Under the pieces are notes generated by a model. It searched no databases, was not told the origin of the DNA, and saw only the letters and a program-made list of their open reading frames with translations. Shown piece by piece: positions 1 through 8,780 of a stretch of DNA of 64,000 nt. The position numbers were made by a program, and so were the translations under genes. This DNA comes from Patescibacteria group bacterium (GTDB taxonomy: Bacteria > Patescibacteriota > Microgenomatia > UBA1400 > UBA12028), in NCBI GenBank assembly GCA_035479015.1, contig DATIJC010000002.1, positions 9,777 to 73,776 on the forward strand, written 5' to 3'. Positions within the stretch are counted from its first letter, which is position 1. Each line of letters opens with the position of its first letter.

Positions 1-1898
1 TTCCCGATGTTCTTAGTATCCCAGAGCATATTGACCTCGTCATTATCGTCACTCCCGCACAGACAGTAGAGGCAATTTGTGATCAATGTATCGATAAAAA
101 AGTAAAAGCAATCATTATTGTTTCAGCAGGCTTTGCAGAGACCTCTAAAGCGGGAAGAGAAATTCAAGACCGCATTGCTAGCAAACTCGCACACAATAAT
201 ATTGTGCTTCTCGGGCCCAACTGTCTCGGTGCTCTAAACCCACATCACAAGCTGAATGCAAGTTTTGCACCTGCGATAATTTCTAAGGGCGGTATAGCAT
301 TGATTAGCCAATCGGGCGCAATCTTGACATCGATATTCTCTTCGTTTGCCGGGCGGCAAGTCGGCTGTTCCTTTGCACTAAGTCTGGGAAATAGTGCTGG
401 AGTCAACGTAACAGACGCACTGGAATATGCCCTCTTTGACCCACATACGAAAGTGGTCGGTGTATACGTAGAATCTTTGCCGCAAATGCGTGAGTTTTTT
501 GCTTTGTGTAAACAATTGAGCAACACCAAACCCGTGATACTGCTGAAAGGTGGCACTACCACAGCCGGCCAGACTGCTTCCCTTTCCCATACTGCAGCGC
601 TGGCAACAGATAGTTCATTGCTTCATGACGCTTCCTATCAGGCGGGGTTTGTGTATACACAGACGATTGAACAATTTGTAGAAACATTGGTATTTATAGA
701 TACACTCTACACACAGCATGAGTCACTCCCAAATAACCTGATGATCCTTACCAATGCCGGCGGACCCGGAGTGAATTCGGTTGATTTTGCATCGCAAAAC
801 AATGTGCCTTTAGCTGCTTGGAGCAAGGCTTCAACTGAACGGTTTGGTAGATTGTTACCCCGTGTGCACCCAAATAACCCTACAGATTTAATAGGTGATG
901 CATCGGTGGCAGATTTTGAAGCAGCGCTGGCTATCGCAGATGAGGCAGATGAGGTCGGAAGCATTTTACTCATAATTACAGAACAGGCGGTGACTGACGT
1001 TCCAGGACTTACTAAGCTATTGGTAGAGCGTGCAAAGAAAAAAAAGAACAAGCCACTGATTGTCGCGCTGATGGGAGGAGAATCATTGCATAAATATAGG
1101 AAAATCTTGCGCGAGGAAAAAATTACGGTCGTTGAGTATGCAAACGAGGGCGTTGAGATATTTGCCTATACTGAGCACGCGAGACTAGCTCAGTTTGTTG
1201 ATCGTAGCGCACAAATACTTTCAAAACTTGAAAAAAAGTTGCCCAGTGTTCCTATTTCTCGATTAGCATTCCCCCTACAAAATCTCAACATCGCTGGTGT
1301 ACTCACGCTGCTTGAAAATTATGGTTTCACTTTACCCCGTACAGCAATTGTCACAGATGAATTACAGTTACAGGAGTTAGAAAAATTACGCCCCGAAAAT
1401 GTTTTCCCACTGATAGCAAAGACTGGAAATTTAGGACTCAAACACAAGGCAGCCGTTGGAGCCCTCGTAAAAGATATCTCAAATATTGAAGAAACAAAAA
1501 AGGCATACCAAGACTTACAAAAATTTGGTAATCAGCTTGTCTTGCAAGAAACCATTGAAAATGCCCAGGAAGTAATTCTTGGTGGTAAAAGGAATAACAC
1601 CTATGGTACATTTATTGCCATTGGTTCAGGTGGAAGTCTGACCAATATTATCGCTGACCGCGCGTATATTTTCTTGCCGGCTTCGCAGCGGGAAATCCGC
1701 AAAGCTTTTGCGCGGACGAAGATCATTTCCGAGCTTTCAAATGAACAACAGCAGCTTGTATTGCTCGCTATCGAACATTTGATCAAACTTTTCAATGAAC
1801 ATCAGGAAATTGCAGAACTAGAAATCAATCCATTGATGGTTACCGCGGACACCGCCTACGCGGCAGATGTGAAGGTAGAACTTACTGGTACTCTTTAA
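1..1898 (+). CDS. Acetyl-CoA synthetase (ADP-forming), fused CoA-binding and ATP-grasp domains; the 5' end lies upstream of the window
   Basis: The reading frame is open from nt 3 (the track ORF starts at 204 but upstream codons continue without a stop). It carries succinyl-CoA-synthetase-alpha-like CoA-binding motifs (LGPNCLG, ISQSGAI) followed by an ATP-grasp half. It is convergent with the 2-oxoacid:ferredoxin oxidoreductase genes. Confidence 0.7.
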   Translation, partial: PDVLSIPEHIDLVIIVTPAQTVEAICDQCIDKKVKAIIIVSAGFAETSKAGREIQDRIASKLAHNNIVLLGPNCLGALNPHHKLNASFAPAIISKGGIALISQSGAILTSIFSSFAGRQVGCSFALSLGNSAGVNVTDALEYALFDPHTKVVGVYVESLPQMREFFALCKQLSNTKPVILLKGGTTTAGQTASLSHTAALATDSSLLHDASYQAGFVYTQTIEQFVETLVFIDTLYTQHESLPNNLMILTNAGGPGVNSVDFASQNNVPLAAWSKASTERFGRLLPRVHPNNPTDLIGDASVADFEAALAIADEADEVGSILLIITEQAVTDVPGLTKLLVERAKKKKNKPLIVALMGGESLHKYRKILREEKITVVEYANEGVEIFAYTEHARLAQFVDRSAQILSKLEKKLPSVPISRLAFPLQNLNIAGVLTLLENYGFTLPRTAIVTDELQLQELEKLRPENVFPLIAKTGNLGLKHKAAVGALVKDISNIEETKKAYQDLQKFGNQLVLQETIENAQEVILGGKRNNTYGTFIAIGSGGSLTNIIADRAYIFLPASQREIRKAFARTKIISELSNEQQQLVLLAIEHLIKLFNEHQEIAELEINPLMVTADTAYAADVKVELTGTL

Positions 1899-2745
1899 AA
1901 TTTTCCGCAAGAGAAACCGTCGAAGGAAACTGCGTGGTCAGTGGACCCTTAGCCAATAAAGGCACATCTTCGTGGTATGCATGTTGCGTTACGTCTTCAT
2001 AGAAGACGCCCAGTGGCAACTTTTCAATTTCCCAAGATTTAGTCCATGCTTGATCGCGCTTCGTCGCATCATAGTTTGCGGGATCAAGTTGGTAGACGCG
2101 CTCGTTATACCACACATGCGTATTCTCATGATTGAATGTGACACATGGTTGGAACACATCGACAAGCGCAAAACCTTTATGTGCAATTCCTTTTTTAATT
2201 AATTCAGTCGTATAGGGGATATTGCCGGCAAATCCGCGGGCGACAAATGATGCGCCGGTCGTTACCGCTAGTGCGATTGGATTGACTGGCACCTCTATCT
2301 GACCGGTCGGCGTAGATTTTGTCTCTCTTCCTTTTGGCGTTGTCGGTGCCGCCTGCCCTGTGGTCAGACCATATACTTGGTTATCGTGCACAATCAATGT
2401 GATGTCGTGGTTGCCGCGGCACGCTGCGATAAAGTGACCCATCCCCTCGCCGTATGTGTCACCGTCACCAGCAATTACCACTACCTTTAATCCGTGATTA
2501 GCGAGTTTAATTGCTTCAGCATTAGGAAGTGCTCTCCCGTGCAGTGCATGAAATCCATAACAGCGCAAGAAGTCAGCCATGTTGCCAGAACATCCGACGC
2601 CAAACACCACTACCAATTGCTCTTCCGGAATATTACACTCTACAAGTGCTTTTTTAATTGCGCCCCAAATGCCATAGTCACCACATCCCGGGCACCAGGT
2701 AGGAAAGATTGGAGACTTCAATGTGACATCTGATGTAGTACTCAT
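1882..2745 (-). CDS. 2-oxoacid:ferredoxin oxidoreductase beta subunit (TPP-binding, PorB/KorB-like)
   Basis: 287 aa protein with a WCPGCGDYG motif and a GDGD TPP-binding signature. It overlaps the alpha-subunit gene by 4 nt. Confidence 0.8.
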   Translation of the reverse strand: MSTTSDVTLKSPIFPTWCPGCGDYGIWGAIKKALVECNIPEEQLVVVFGVGCSGNMADFLRCYGFHALHGRALPNAEAIKLANHGLKVVVIAGDGDTYGEGMGHFIAACRGNHDITLIVHDNQVYGLTTGQAAPTTPKGRETKSTPTGQIEVPVNPIALAVTTGASFVARGFAGNIPYTTELIKKGIAHKGFALVDVFQPCVTFNHENTHVWYNERVYQLDPANYDATKRDQAWTKSWEIEKLPLGVFYEDVTQHAYHEDVPLLAKGPLTTQFPSTVSLAENFKEYQ

Positions 2746-4472
2746 AGATTCTCTAATTCTTTTACAATGTCTTCTGCATAAAACGGTCTGCCGTCATACC
2801 TATTAATACGGTGTTCAAAGGTAATGCCAGTTTGCTCCCGAATAAGCAACTCGCCTTGCCTCCCAATATTTTCTTCAACCATAACAAGCTTCTTGGCTTT
2901 GCCAGCAAGAGCTGCAAACACATCTTTATGAAATGGCATGGCAGTCATAATGTGAATGAAGTTAGCTCTTGTTGCTCCATTTTGATTTACCTGTCGCAGT
3001 ACTTCTTCCAAGACCAGGCGAGTGCTTCCCCAGCACACAAAAGTAATTTCAGCTTCTGCAGGGCCAACTACAATTGGAGCAGGAACTTCTTTGATAATTC
3101 CATCTAATTTCCGCATCCGCTTCTCTACCATTTTTTTCGTCATTAGAGCATCTTCCGTCGCGTATCCATATTCATCGTGCTCATACGAGTTAGTCAATTG
3201 CAAACCATGTGCCTGTCCCGGGACAGAGCGCGGTGAGTATCCTTCGGGTGTATCGATAAATCTTCGGAATGAATTATCTTCTGGCAGAGGATCTTGCGCC
3301 ATGGAGAGTCGAGTATTAGTAAATTCGGTGGGAATGACAGAGGCATCAACTGTCATTCGTGACTCAAGCAGTAATTTATCCGAAATGATATAGCATTGTG
3401 TGTGGTATTTTTCAGCCAGCAAGAAAGCTAAGTGAGTAATCTTAAAAGATTCTTCTAAATTGCCCGGTGTGAACACAACTTTAGGAAATTCACCATGCCC
3501 AGCATGAATAACGTACTGCAAATCAGTCTGTGATGTCCACGTAGGTAGTCCAGTTGCAGGCCCAGGCCGTCCACCCACCACCGCTACGAGTGGAAGTTCG
3601 GTTACACCGGCAAGCGACACACCCTCTACCATGAGCGCAAATCCGCCACCAGCGGTACCCGTCATTGAGCGTACTCCTGAGAAACTTGCTCCCAATGCAC
3701 CGTTGATTGCGCTGATCTCGTCTTCTGCGTGTTTGACTACGACCGGAAATTTTGCTTGCGCAGCGGCCATAAAATGCATGAGGTTACTCGTAGGTGTCAT
3801 GGGGTACGCACTGTAATACTGCACGCCTGCGGATAGTGCACCGAATCCGATTGCTTCTGCACCAGTCCAAAACAATGTTTTTGAAGCAGTTGGATTTTGG
3901 AATTTGGAATTTGGAATTTGTAAATTTTCCTGTGAAAATTTGAGTCCAGCATCGGCGGCTTTGACATTCTCGTCTATAACCGTCTGTCCCTTTTTCTTAA
4001 AAAAATCAGAAATTACTTGTTGTAATACAGAGTGATCTAACCCAAACAGATAACATGTCACCGCTAGAGCTACCATATTTGATGCCAAGCTCTTCCCAGT
4101 CTGTTCACGGGAAATTTGCACCATGGGTACAGCTACTAATTGTTCCGGTTTTATTGACGGATATTTAGTGAAATCAATCTTATCGTCTTGTGTATCGACG
4201 AGTAGCTTGGTGTGTTCGTCAAATTCGTCCAAATGCAGTCGCACAGTATCTTCATTCATGACGACTATCAGATCAACATGTTTTTGCTGACACGATACTG
4301 CATCACCTGCTTTCACCTGACCACTGGTGTGACCACCACGAATGAGGGAAGGATACTCGCTGTATTCAAAAACCTGCAAACCCGCCCGCTGGCAGATTTT
4401 ACTCATGAGAAAACTGGTGACTGCAATTCCTTCGCCTGCTTTCCCACCGATTTTCCAATTTAACGAAGCCAT
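2742..4472 (-). CDS. 2-oxoacid:ferredoxin oxidoreductase alpha subunit (KorA/PorA-like)
   Basis: 576 aa protein in the two-subunit OFOR arrangement with the downstream beta subunit. It carries an in-frame heptamer repeat at 3891-3920. Confidence 0.8.
   Translation of the reverse strand: MASLNWKIGGKAGEGIAVTSFLMSKICQRAGLQVFEYSEYPSLIRGGHTSGQVKAGDAVSCQQKHVDLIVVMNEDTVRLHLDEFDEHTKLLVDTQDDKIDFTKYPSIKPEQLVAVPMVQISREQTGKSLASNMVALAVTCYLFGLDHSVLQQVISDFFKKKGQTVIDENVKAADAGLKFSQENLQIPNSKFQNPTASKTLFWTGAEAIGFGALSAGVQYYSAYPMTPTSNLMHFMAAAQAKFPVVVKHAEDEISAINGALGASFSGVRSMTGTAGGGFALMVEGVSLAGVTELPLVAVVGGRPGPATGLPTWTSQTDLQYVIHAGHGEFPKVVFTPGNLEESFKITHLAFLLAEKYHTQCYIISDKLLLESRMTVDASVIPTEFTNTRLSMAQDPLPEDNSFRRFIDTPEGYSPRSVPGQAHGLQLTNSYEHDEYGYATEDALMTKKMVEKRMRKLDGIIKEVPAPIVVGPAEAEITFVCWGSTRLVLEEVLRQVNQNGATRANFIHIMTAMPFHKDVFAALAGKAKKLVMVEENIGRQGELLIREQTGITFEHRINRYDGRPFYAEDIVKELENL
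3891..3920. repeat. Tandem heptanucleotide repeat (AAATTCC/AAAATCC on the coding strand), in frame within the korA-like gene
   Basis: The plus strand reads tggattttggaatttggaatttggaatttg. On the coding strand it encodes QIPNSKFQNP in the linker between the N-terminal and core domains. Confidence 0.6.
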
Positions 4473-4484
4473 AGTGAGATTATC

Positions 4485-5102
4485 CTACACTATATCCCGC
4501 GGATCAACTTGTTTTCCACCCCGCATATGCAGCACGGCTGGAATAAGTGATATAACCACAATCAGAGCGATGATGGGCAATAAATATTTATCTACGTTTG
4601 GGATCACACGACCCAAGAAATAGCCACCGACTGTCATTCCAGTCGCCCAGAGTGCGCCACCAATAATATTATTAAAAAAGAAACTATTGTAATGCATGTC
4701 AGCGATGCCTGCTGCAATGGGCGCAAACGTTCGCACCGCTGGTACAAAGCGAGCGAGAATTAGTGCCTGAGCACCATGTTTGGTATAAAATCGTTGCGCC
4801 TCCGTCAAATATTTTTTCTTGAAAAAGAATGAATCTTTTTGCTTCAGGAGCCATCCGCCCAGTTTTTTACCGGTCCAGAAACCGGCGTTATCACCAAGCA
4901 CCGCACCGAGAATTAGAATAGGTACCAAGACCCAAATCGAAAATAATCCTTGCGAAGCAAGTAGACCGGCTGTAAATAACAAACTGTCACCCGGCAAGAA
5001 GAAGCCGAAAAACAAACCCGATTCGGCAAACACCATGCAGAACAATCCTACATATCCGATTGTCTTGATAAGTTCTTCCAAATCAAAGTGGGGAATGATC
5101 AT
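4485..5102 (-). CDS. DedA/SNARE-associated family membrane protein
   Basis: 205 aa polytopic membrane protein with a GLFFGFFLPGDSLLFTAGLLA motif typical of DedA. Confidence 0.7.
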   Translation of the reverse strand: MIIPHFDLEELIKTIGYVGLFCMVFAESGLFFGFFLPGDSLLFTAGLLASQGLFSIWVLVPILILGAVLGDNAGFWTGKKLGGWLLKQKDSFFFKKKYLTEAQRFYTKHGAQALILARFVPAVRTFAPIAAGIADMHYNSFFFNNIIGGALWATGMTVGGYFLGRVIPNVDKYLLPIIALIVVISLIPAVLHMRGGKQVDPRDIV

Positions 5103-5112
5103 AGAGACAAGA

Positions 5113-6321
5113 TTATACAGGTACTGATACAGTTTTATCTAATTCTTTGACGTTTGAAGCTGACATCGTCTGTACTTTACTCAATTTTCCTTCAATCGTC
5201 CGCGTCTTTTTGGCTGCATCTTCAATCGTATTGCCGGCTTCTTGTATTTTCTTGTGTGTTTTCTCCAATAAGTCCCCAAATGTCCCGAAATCCTTCTTCA
5301 CATTCCCAAGCAGTTCCCAAACCTCACTGGAGCGCTTCTGGATTGAGAGTGTGCGGAATCCCATTTGCAAACCATTTAAGATGACTTGCATTGTTGTAGG
5401 ACCAGCAATAGTTACCTTGAACTCCCGGCGCACTTGTTCCACTAAACCGGGACGGCGTAGAATTTCCGCAAAGAGACTTTCTACTGGAACAAATAAAATG
5501 CCAAAATCGGTGGTGTTGGGAGGATCAAGATATTTATCGTGGATATCTTTGGCTTCAGACTTCACACGCATGTCTAGGCTGTGTCGAAGCTGTTCTATCA
5601 AAGGTAGATCAGCTTTTTCCTGTGCTTCCACCAGTCTCTGATAATCCTCAAGCGGGAATTTAGAGTCTATCGGCAGCCACAATTGTTTTAAAGTTTCGCT
5701 CCCAGGAAGTTTAACGGCAAACTCTACCATCTCCGAACTGTTTTTCTTTATTCTCACGTTCTTCTCATATTGATCTGGAGTCAAAATCTCCTCTAATAAA
5801 TTTCCCAGTTGTGCTTCACCCCAAGTACCACGGGATTTGACATTTCCCAATACTTTTTTCAAATCTCCCACACCTACGGCCAGTACCTGCATCTCACCTA
5901 AACCTTTATGCACGGCATCTAATCTGTCACTGACTACTTTGAATGATTCACCGAAGCGTTTTTCCAAAGTAGCATGTAATTTTTCGTCCACTGTCACGCG
6001 CATGGCCTCTAATTTTTCGCCGTTATCTTTTTGAATCGAATCTAATCTTCTTTCCACCGTCTCGCGTATCTTATCCATGCGGTCCGAGATTTCCTCACGA
6101 AGCCCTTTTTGCAAATCAGCAGCTTCTTTGCGGGAGAGTGACATTTCTTCACGCAGTCTCCTCTCGTTCTTGTCAAAGTATTTACCTAATACATCTGTAT
6201 CTGTAGATTCTTTTGGTTTATACAGTAGGTAGATGATTGCACCTATCCCGATCAAATTTAAAAGCAGTAAAAGTGTAACGAACATGACACTTACAATACC
6301 AGAAAATACCTCTAACGCCAA
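5113..6321 (-). CDS. rmuC: DNA recombination protein RmuC family
   Basis: 402 aa protein with an N-terminal TM helix, a long coiled-coil and a C-terminal RmuC-like region. Confidence 0.6.
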   Translation of the reverse strand: MALEVFSGIVSVMFVTLLLLLNLIGIGAIIYLLYKPKESTDTDVLGKYFDKNERRLREEMSLSRKEAADLQKGLREEISDRMDKIRETVERRLDSIQKDNGEKLEAMRVTVDEKLHATLEKRFGESFKVVSDRLDAVHKGLGEMQVLAVGVGDLKKVLGNVKSRGTWGEAQLGNLLEEILTPDQYEKNVRIKKNSSEMVEFAVKLPGSETLKQLWLPIDSKFPLEDYQRLVEAQEKADLPLIEQLRHSLDMRVKSEAKDIHDKYLDPPNTTDFGILFVPVESLFAEILRRPGLVEQVRREFKVTIAGPTTMQVILNGLQMGFRTLSIQKRSSEVWELLGNVKKDFGTFGDLLEKTHKKIQEAGNTIEDAAKKTRTIEGKLSKVQTMSASNVKELDKTVSVPV

Positions 6322-6322
6322 A

Positions 6323-6544
6323 TTACTTCACGAAGATAAAACGTGGGACGGTTTTTCCATCAATAATTACGTCTTCTTGAAACATTTTAAGTGGCCGGAC
6401 CCACAGCTTACTTAACTCGTTTTCGTACAAACATTCATAGACCACCAAGTCTTCTTTTGTCTCACTATGTTTAGCTACGCCAATAACATGGTACAAATTT
6501 CCAGTCTTTGAATGTTTATAAATTCCTAATTTCAATTGGCTCAT
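6323..6544 (-). CDS. DUF1653 family small protein (the track ORF extends to 6715 by a GTG start, which would overlap the RNase P RNA)
   Basis: A C-terminal GIYKHSKTGNLYHVIGVAKHSETKEDLVVYECLY...WVRPL block matches DUF1653. The ATG at 6544 gives a 74 aa product; the long form starts with GTG and runs through the rnpB sequence. Confidence 0.5.
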   Translation of the reverse strand: MSQLKLGIYKHSKTGNLYHVIGVAKHSETKEDLVVYECLYENELSKLWVRPLKMFQEDVIIDGKTVPRFIFVK

Positions 6545-6551
6545 ATTTTTT

Positions 6552-6862
6552 GTGCTTGGGTATCTGTAAGCCAGATTCTGTATTTGTGCAATCATTTCTC
6601 TAATGCCTGCATCATTATCACCTTCATCCCCGCTTGCGCGAGAAATCTCGGGGAAGCATCCAATGTGGTGAAGTTCGTCAGTTGCAGCGGGGAGGATTGC
6701 CCGTTTCACTCCCACTAAAGGGATTCGTCACTGTTGCTCTTACTGTCCCCCGACTTTCGTCAAGGTCCTCCGTATTAATAGGAGCACCCTGCTTCCTGCT
6801 GTCTGGACTTTCCTCCCCACGTCGCATAAAGCTATGTGGGGCGATTGCCCGATACCCAAGCC
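6552..6862 (-). ncRNA. rnpB: RNase P RNA (bacterial type, reduced)
   Basis: The minus-strand RNA shows a P1 helix (GGCUUGGGUAUC paired with GAUACCCAAGC), a P2 helix (GCAAUCG with UGAUUGC), a P3 hairpin (CCCCAC...GUGGGG), a P4 5' strand AGGAAAGUCCAGAC and a P4 3' strand ACAGAAUCUGGCUUA, and a GUGAAACGGG motif. Confidence 0.7.
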
Positions 6863-6899
6863 TTTGTATTATACCGCCTATTCGTCTACAATAGACCAT

Positions 6900-7586
6900 A
6901 TGGATCAATTCTTTGTACCCGTCCTCTCCCAGACGGTAAACCCCTTCTTGTTGTCCCTGACCGCCTTTGCACCCAGGCTATTGGTAGCCTTGGTTGTACT
7001 GTTTGTAGGTATCATCATCGCCAAGAGCGTGCGCAGCATTCTTATCAAGTTCTTGGAGCGCCTCAAACTCTCTCATTCCCTGGAAAACACACCACTCATG
7101 TCATTCGTGAAGAATGCCGATGTCACCAATACAATTGAATCAGTAATTGGAAAAACTGCCTACTGGCTGATCATGTTAGTCGTAATTGAGATCGTGGTAT
7201 CCCTACTTGGTATTACTGCAGCTGCCGATCTGCTCAATAAGATCCTCTCATTTGTACCAAACGTATTCTCGGCAATCTTTATTTTGTTCCTAGGTACGTT
7301 CCTGGCGGGAATCGCTGAATCAGTTGTCAAAGGTGCTGTGCGCACTATTGACGGGCATAGTTCACTGTTTCTTGGTAAGGCAACCAGTTATCTCATTTTG
7401 ATCCTCGCCACTATGATTGCCATCAGCGAACTTGGCATCGCGGCGCAATTTATCACTACTCTGTTTACCGGCTTTGTCATCGCGCTAGCATTGGCCTTTG
7501 GCCTAGCGTTTGGACTGGGCAGTAAAGACACTGTCAACCGTCTCATGACTGACTGGTATGATCGCATGAAGCGGGAAGAAAAATAA
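6900..7586 (+). CDS. Polytopic membrane protein of unknown function (the track ORF starts at 6834, but that start overlaps rnpB)
   Basis: 228 aa protein from the ATG at 6900, with multiple hydrophobic helices and no recognised catalytic motif. Confidence 0.5.
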   Translation: MDQFFVPVLSQTVNPFLLSLTAFAPRLLVALVVLFVGIIIAKSVRSILIKFLERLKLSHSLENTPLMSFVKNADVTNTIESVIGKTAYWLIMLVVIEIVVSLLGITAAADLLNKILSFVPNVFSAIFILFLGTFLAGIAESVVKGAVRTIDGHSSLFLGKATSYLILILATMIAISELGIAAQFITTLFTGFVIALALAFGLAFGLGSKDTVNRLMTDWYDRMKREEK

Positions 7587-7589
7587 GTT

Positions 7590-8009
7590 TTATTCACGCG
7601 GAATGTGTATCGCTTCCAGCCAAAATGTTAGTTTTGGTTCCAAAGGAACAGACTGTAAAACTTCGGCAATTTCCACTTCACACTTTTTGATTGTCTCTTC
7701 GACAAATTCAGGAACAGAAAAGCCGGGAGAGCTTATTAGGATACGAGCATGGGGGTATTGATCATCCGCGGGAAAAAAACGTACATCTTCAGTTTCATCA
7801 AAGTATTCACTATCGCTGAGCAAGTTGTCATCATCACTACCCAAATCAAACTGAGTCTGCAGCCAGAGAAAAAAGGTATAAAAATCCTGATCTAATTTCA
7901 ACCAAGAAAACGGATAGTCTAGGATGTCTTTTGGTTTTAAAAATCCATTTTCGGTACCGCTAAAAAGCAAAGAGATCATTAGTCTTTTGCTACGATGCTC
8001 TGGATCCAT
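7590..8009 (-). CDS. Hypothetical acidic protein immediately downstream of lexA (likely co-transcribed)
   Basis: 139 aa protein rich in Asp and Glu, 2 bp downstream of the lexA stop on the same strand. Confidence 0.45.
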   Translation of the reverse strand: MDPEHRSKRLMISLLFSGTENGFLKPKDILDYPFSWLKLDQDFYTFFLWLQTQFDLGSDDDNLLSDSEYFDETEDVRFFPADDQYPHARILISSPGFSVPEFVEETIKKCEVEIAEVLQSVPLEPKLTFWLEAIHIPRE

Positions 8010-8010
8010 A

Positions 8011-8631
8011 TTAATTCCCGAATTTGCGGATCAAGCCCACACAGCGGCCTTGAATGGTCACCTTGGTCGCAAAGATCGGCTGCATCTTAGAATTGGCTGG
8101 CTCCAAGCGGATGCGGGTAGCCTCTTTGTAGAATTTCTTGAGAGTCGCTAATCCGTTGTCCAAAAGGGCGACCACGATATCGCCATTCATCACCTCCGGC
8201 TGTTCTTCAATGACTACATAATCTCCATCAAGGATTCCTTCTTCGATCATACTGTCGCCCTTCACTTTGAGTACAAAGGCGCGCTTCTTCCCAGAGACCA
8301 ACTCAGGTGAAACTTTAAACGTCGCATTCGGGTCTGTGTACGGCATGATTGGCTGCCCGGCGGCGATAAAACCCAGGAGCGGCAAGTCTACTGCATCAGT
8401 GAGGCGTAGGAAGGTACGGTCGATCAATTCCAAGCCCCGGACTGTCCCTTCATATTTGCGGATTACCTTCTTCCTGACCAATGCCTGCAGATGTTCATGC
8501 ACTGTAGCTAGAGAGCTCACACCTATAGCCGTGGCTATCTCCTGCAGTGTCGGGGAGTACCCGTTTTTTTGGATAAATTGTGCAATGAAGTCAACAATTT
8601 GGCGCTGGCGCTTATATAATGTCATTGGCAT
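8011..8631 (-). CDS. lexA: LexA repressor (S24 peptidase with N-terminal winged HTH)
   Basis: Contains the S24 peptidase Ser/Lys dyad region (GDSM...VVALLDNGLATLKKF) and an N-terminal LexA DNA-binding domain. The ATG at 8631 follows a GGGAAAG ribosome-binding site; the track ORF extends to 8697. Confidence 0.8.
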   Translation of the reverse strand: MPMTLYKRQRQIVDFIAQFIQKNGYSPTLQEIATAIGVSSLATVHEHLQALVRKKVIRKYEGTVRGLELIDRTFLRLTDAVDLPLLGFIAAGQPIMPYTDPNATFKVSPELVSGKKRAFVLKVKGDSMIEEGILDGDYVVIEEQPEVMNGDIVVALLDNGLATLKKFYKEATRIRLEPANSKMQPIFATKVTIQGRCVGLIRKFGN

Positions 8632-8705
8632 ACTTTCCCTTTCTTTCGTGCAAAGATTGTCCTGCACAAAGTCTCGTTTTCCGAAGATTACATTCAAGTT
8701 ACCCG

Positions 8706-8719
8706 AAAGTAGAGGGTAC
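8706..8719 (+). promoter_or_regulatory. Candidate operator motif AAAGTAGAGGGTAC in the lexA-uvrB divergent intergenic region
   Basis: It lies inside the palindrome TTACCCGAAAGTAGAGGGTAC (8699-8719). A near-identical motif lies upstream of uvrA (45916-45930) and a weaker one upstream of tRNA-Pro. Confidence 0.3.
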
Positions 8720-8780
8720 GGTCAAGCGGATACTAGTGGATCAATAGCTATCACTATGCATAATGTGGGATAATAGATGC

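Noticed and set aside
3891-3920. TTGGAATTT-type arrays considered as a possible CRISPR or other spaced repeat array
   Set aside because: The units are 7 nt and directly tandem with no spacers, and they occur inside coding regions. No CRISPR-like repeat-spacer architecture or cas genes are present in the window.
6716-6900. Structured GC-rich intergenic region first considered as a riboswitch or leader for the downstream membrane protein
   Set aside because: Reading the minus strand shows it is the 5' half of RNase P RNA (P1 to P4), not a cis-regulatory leader.
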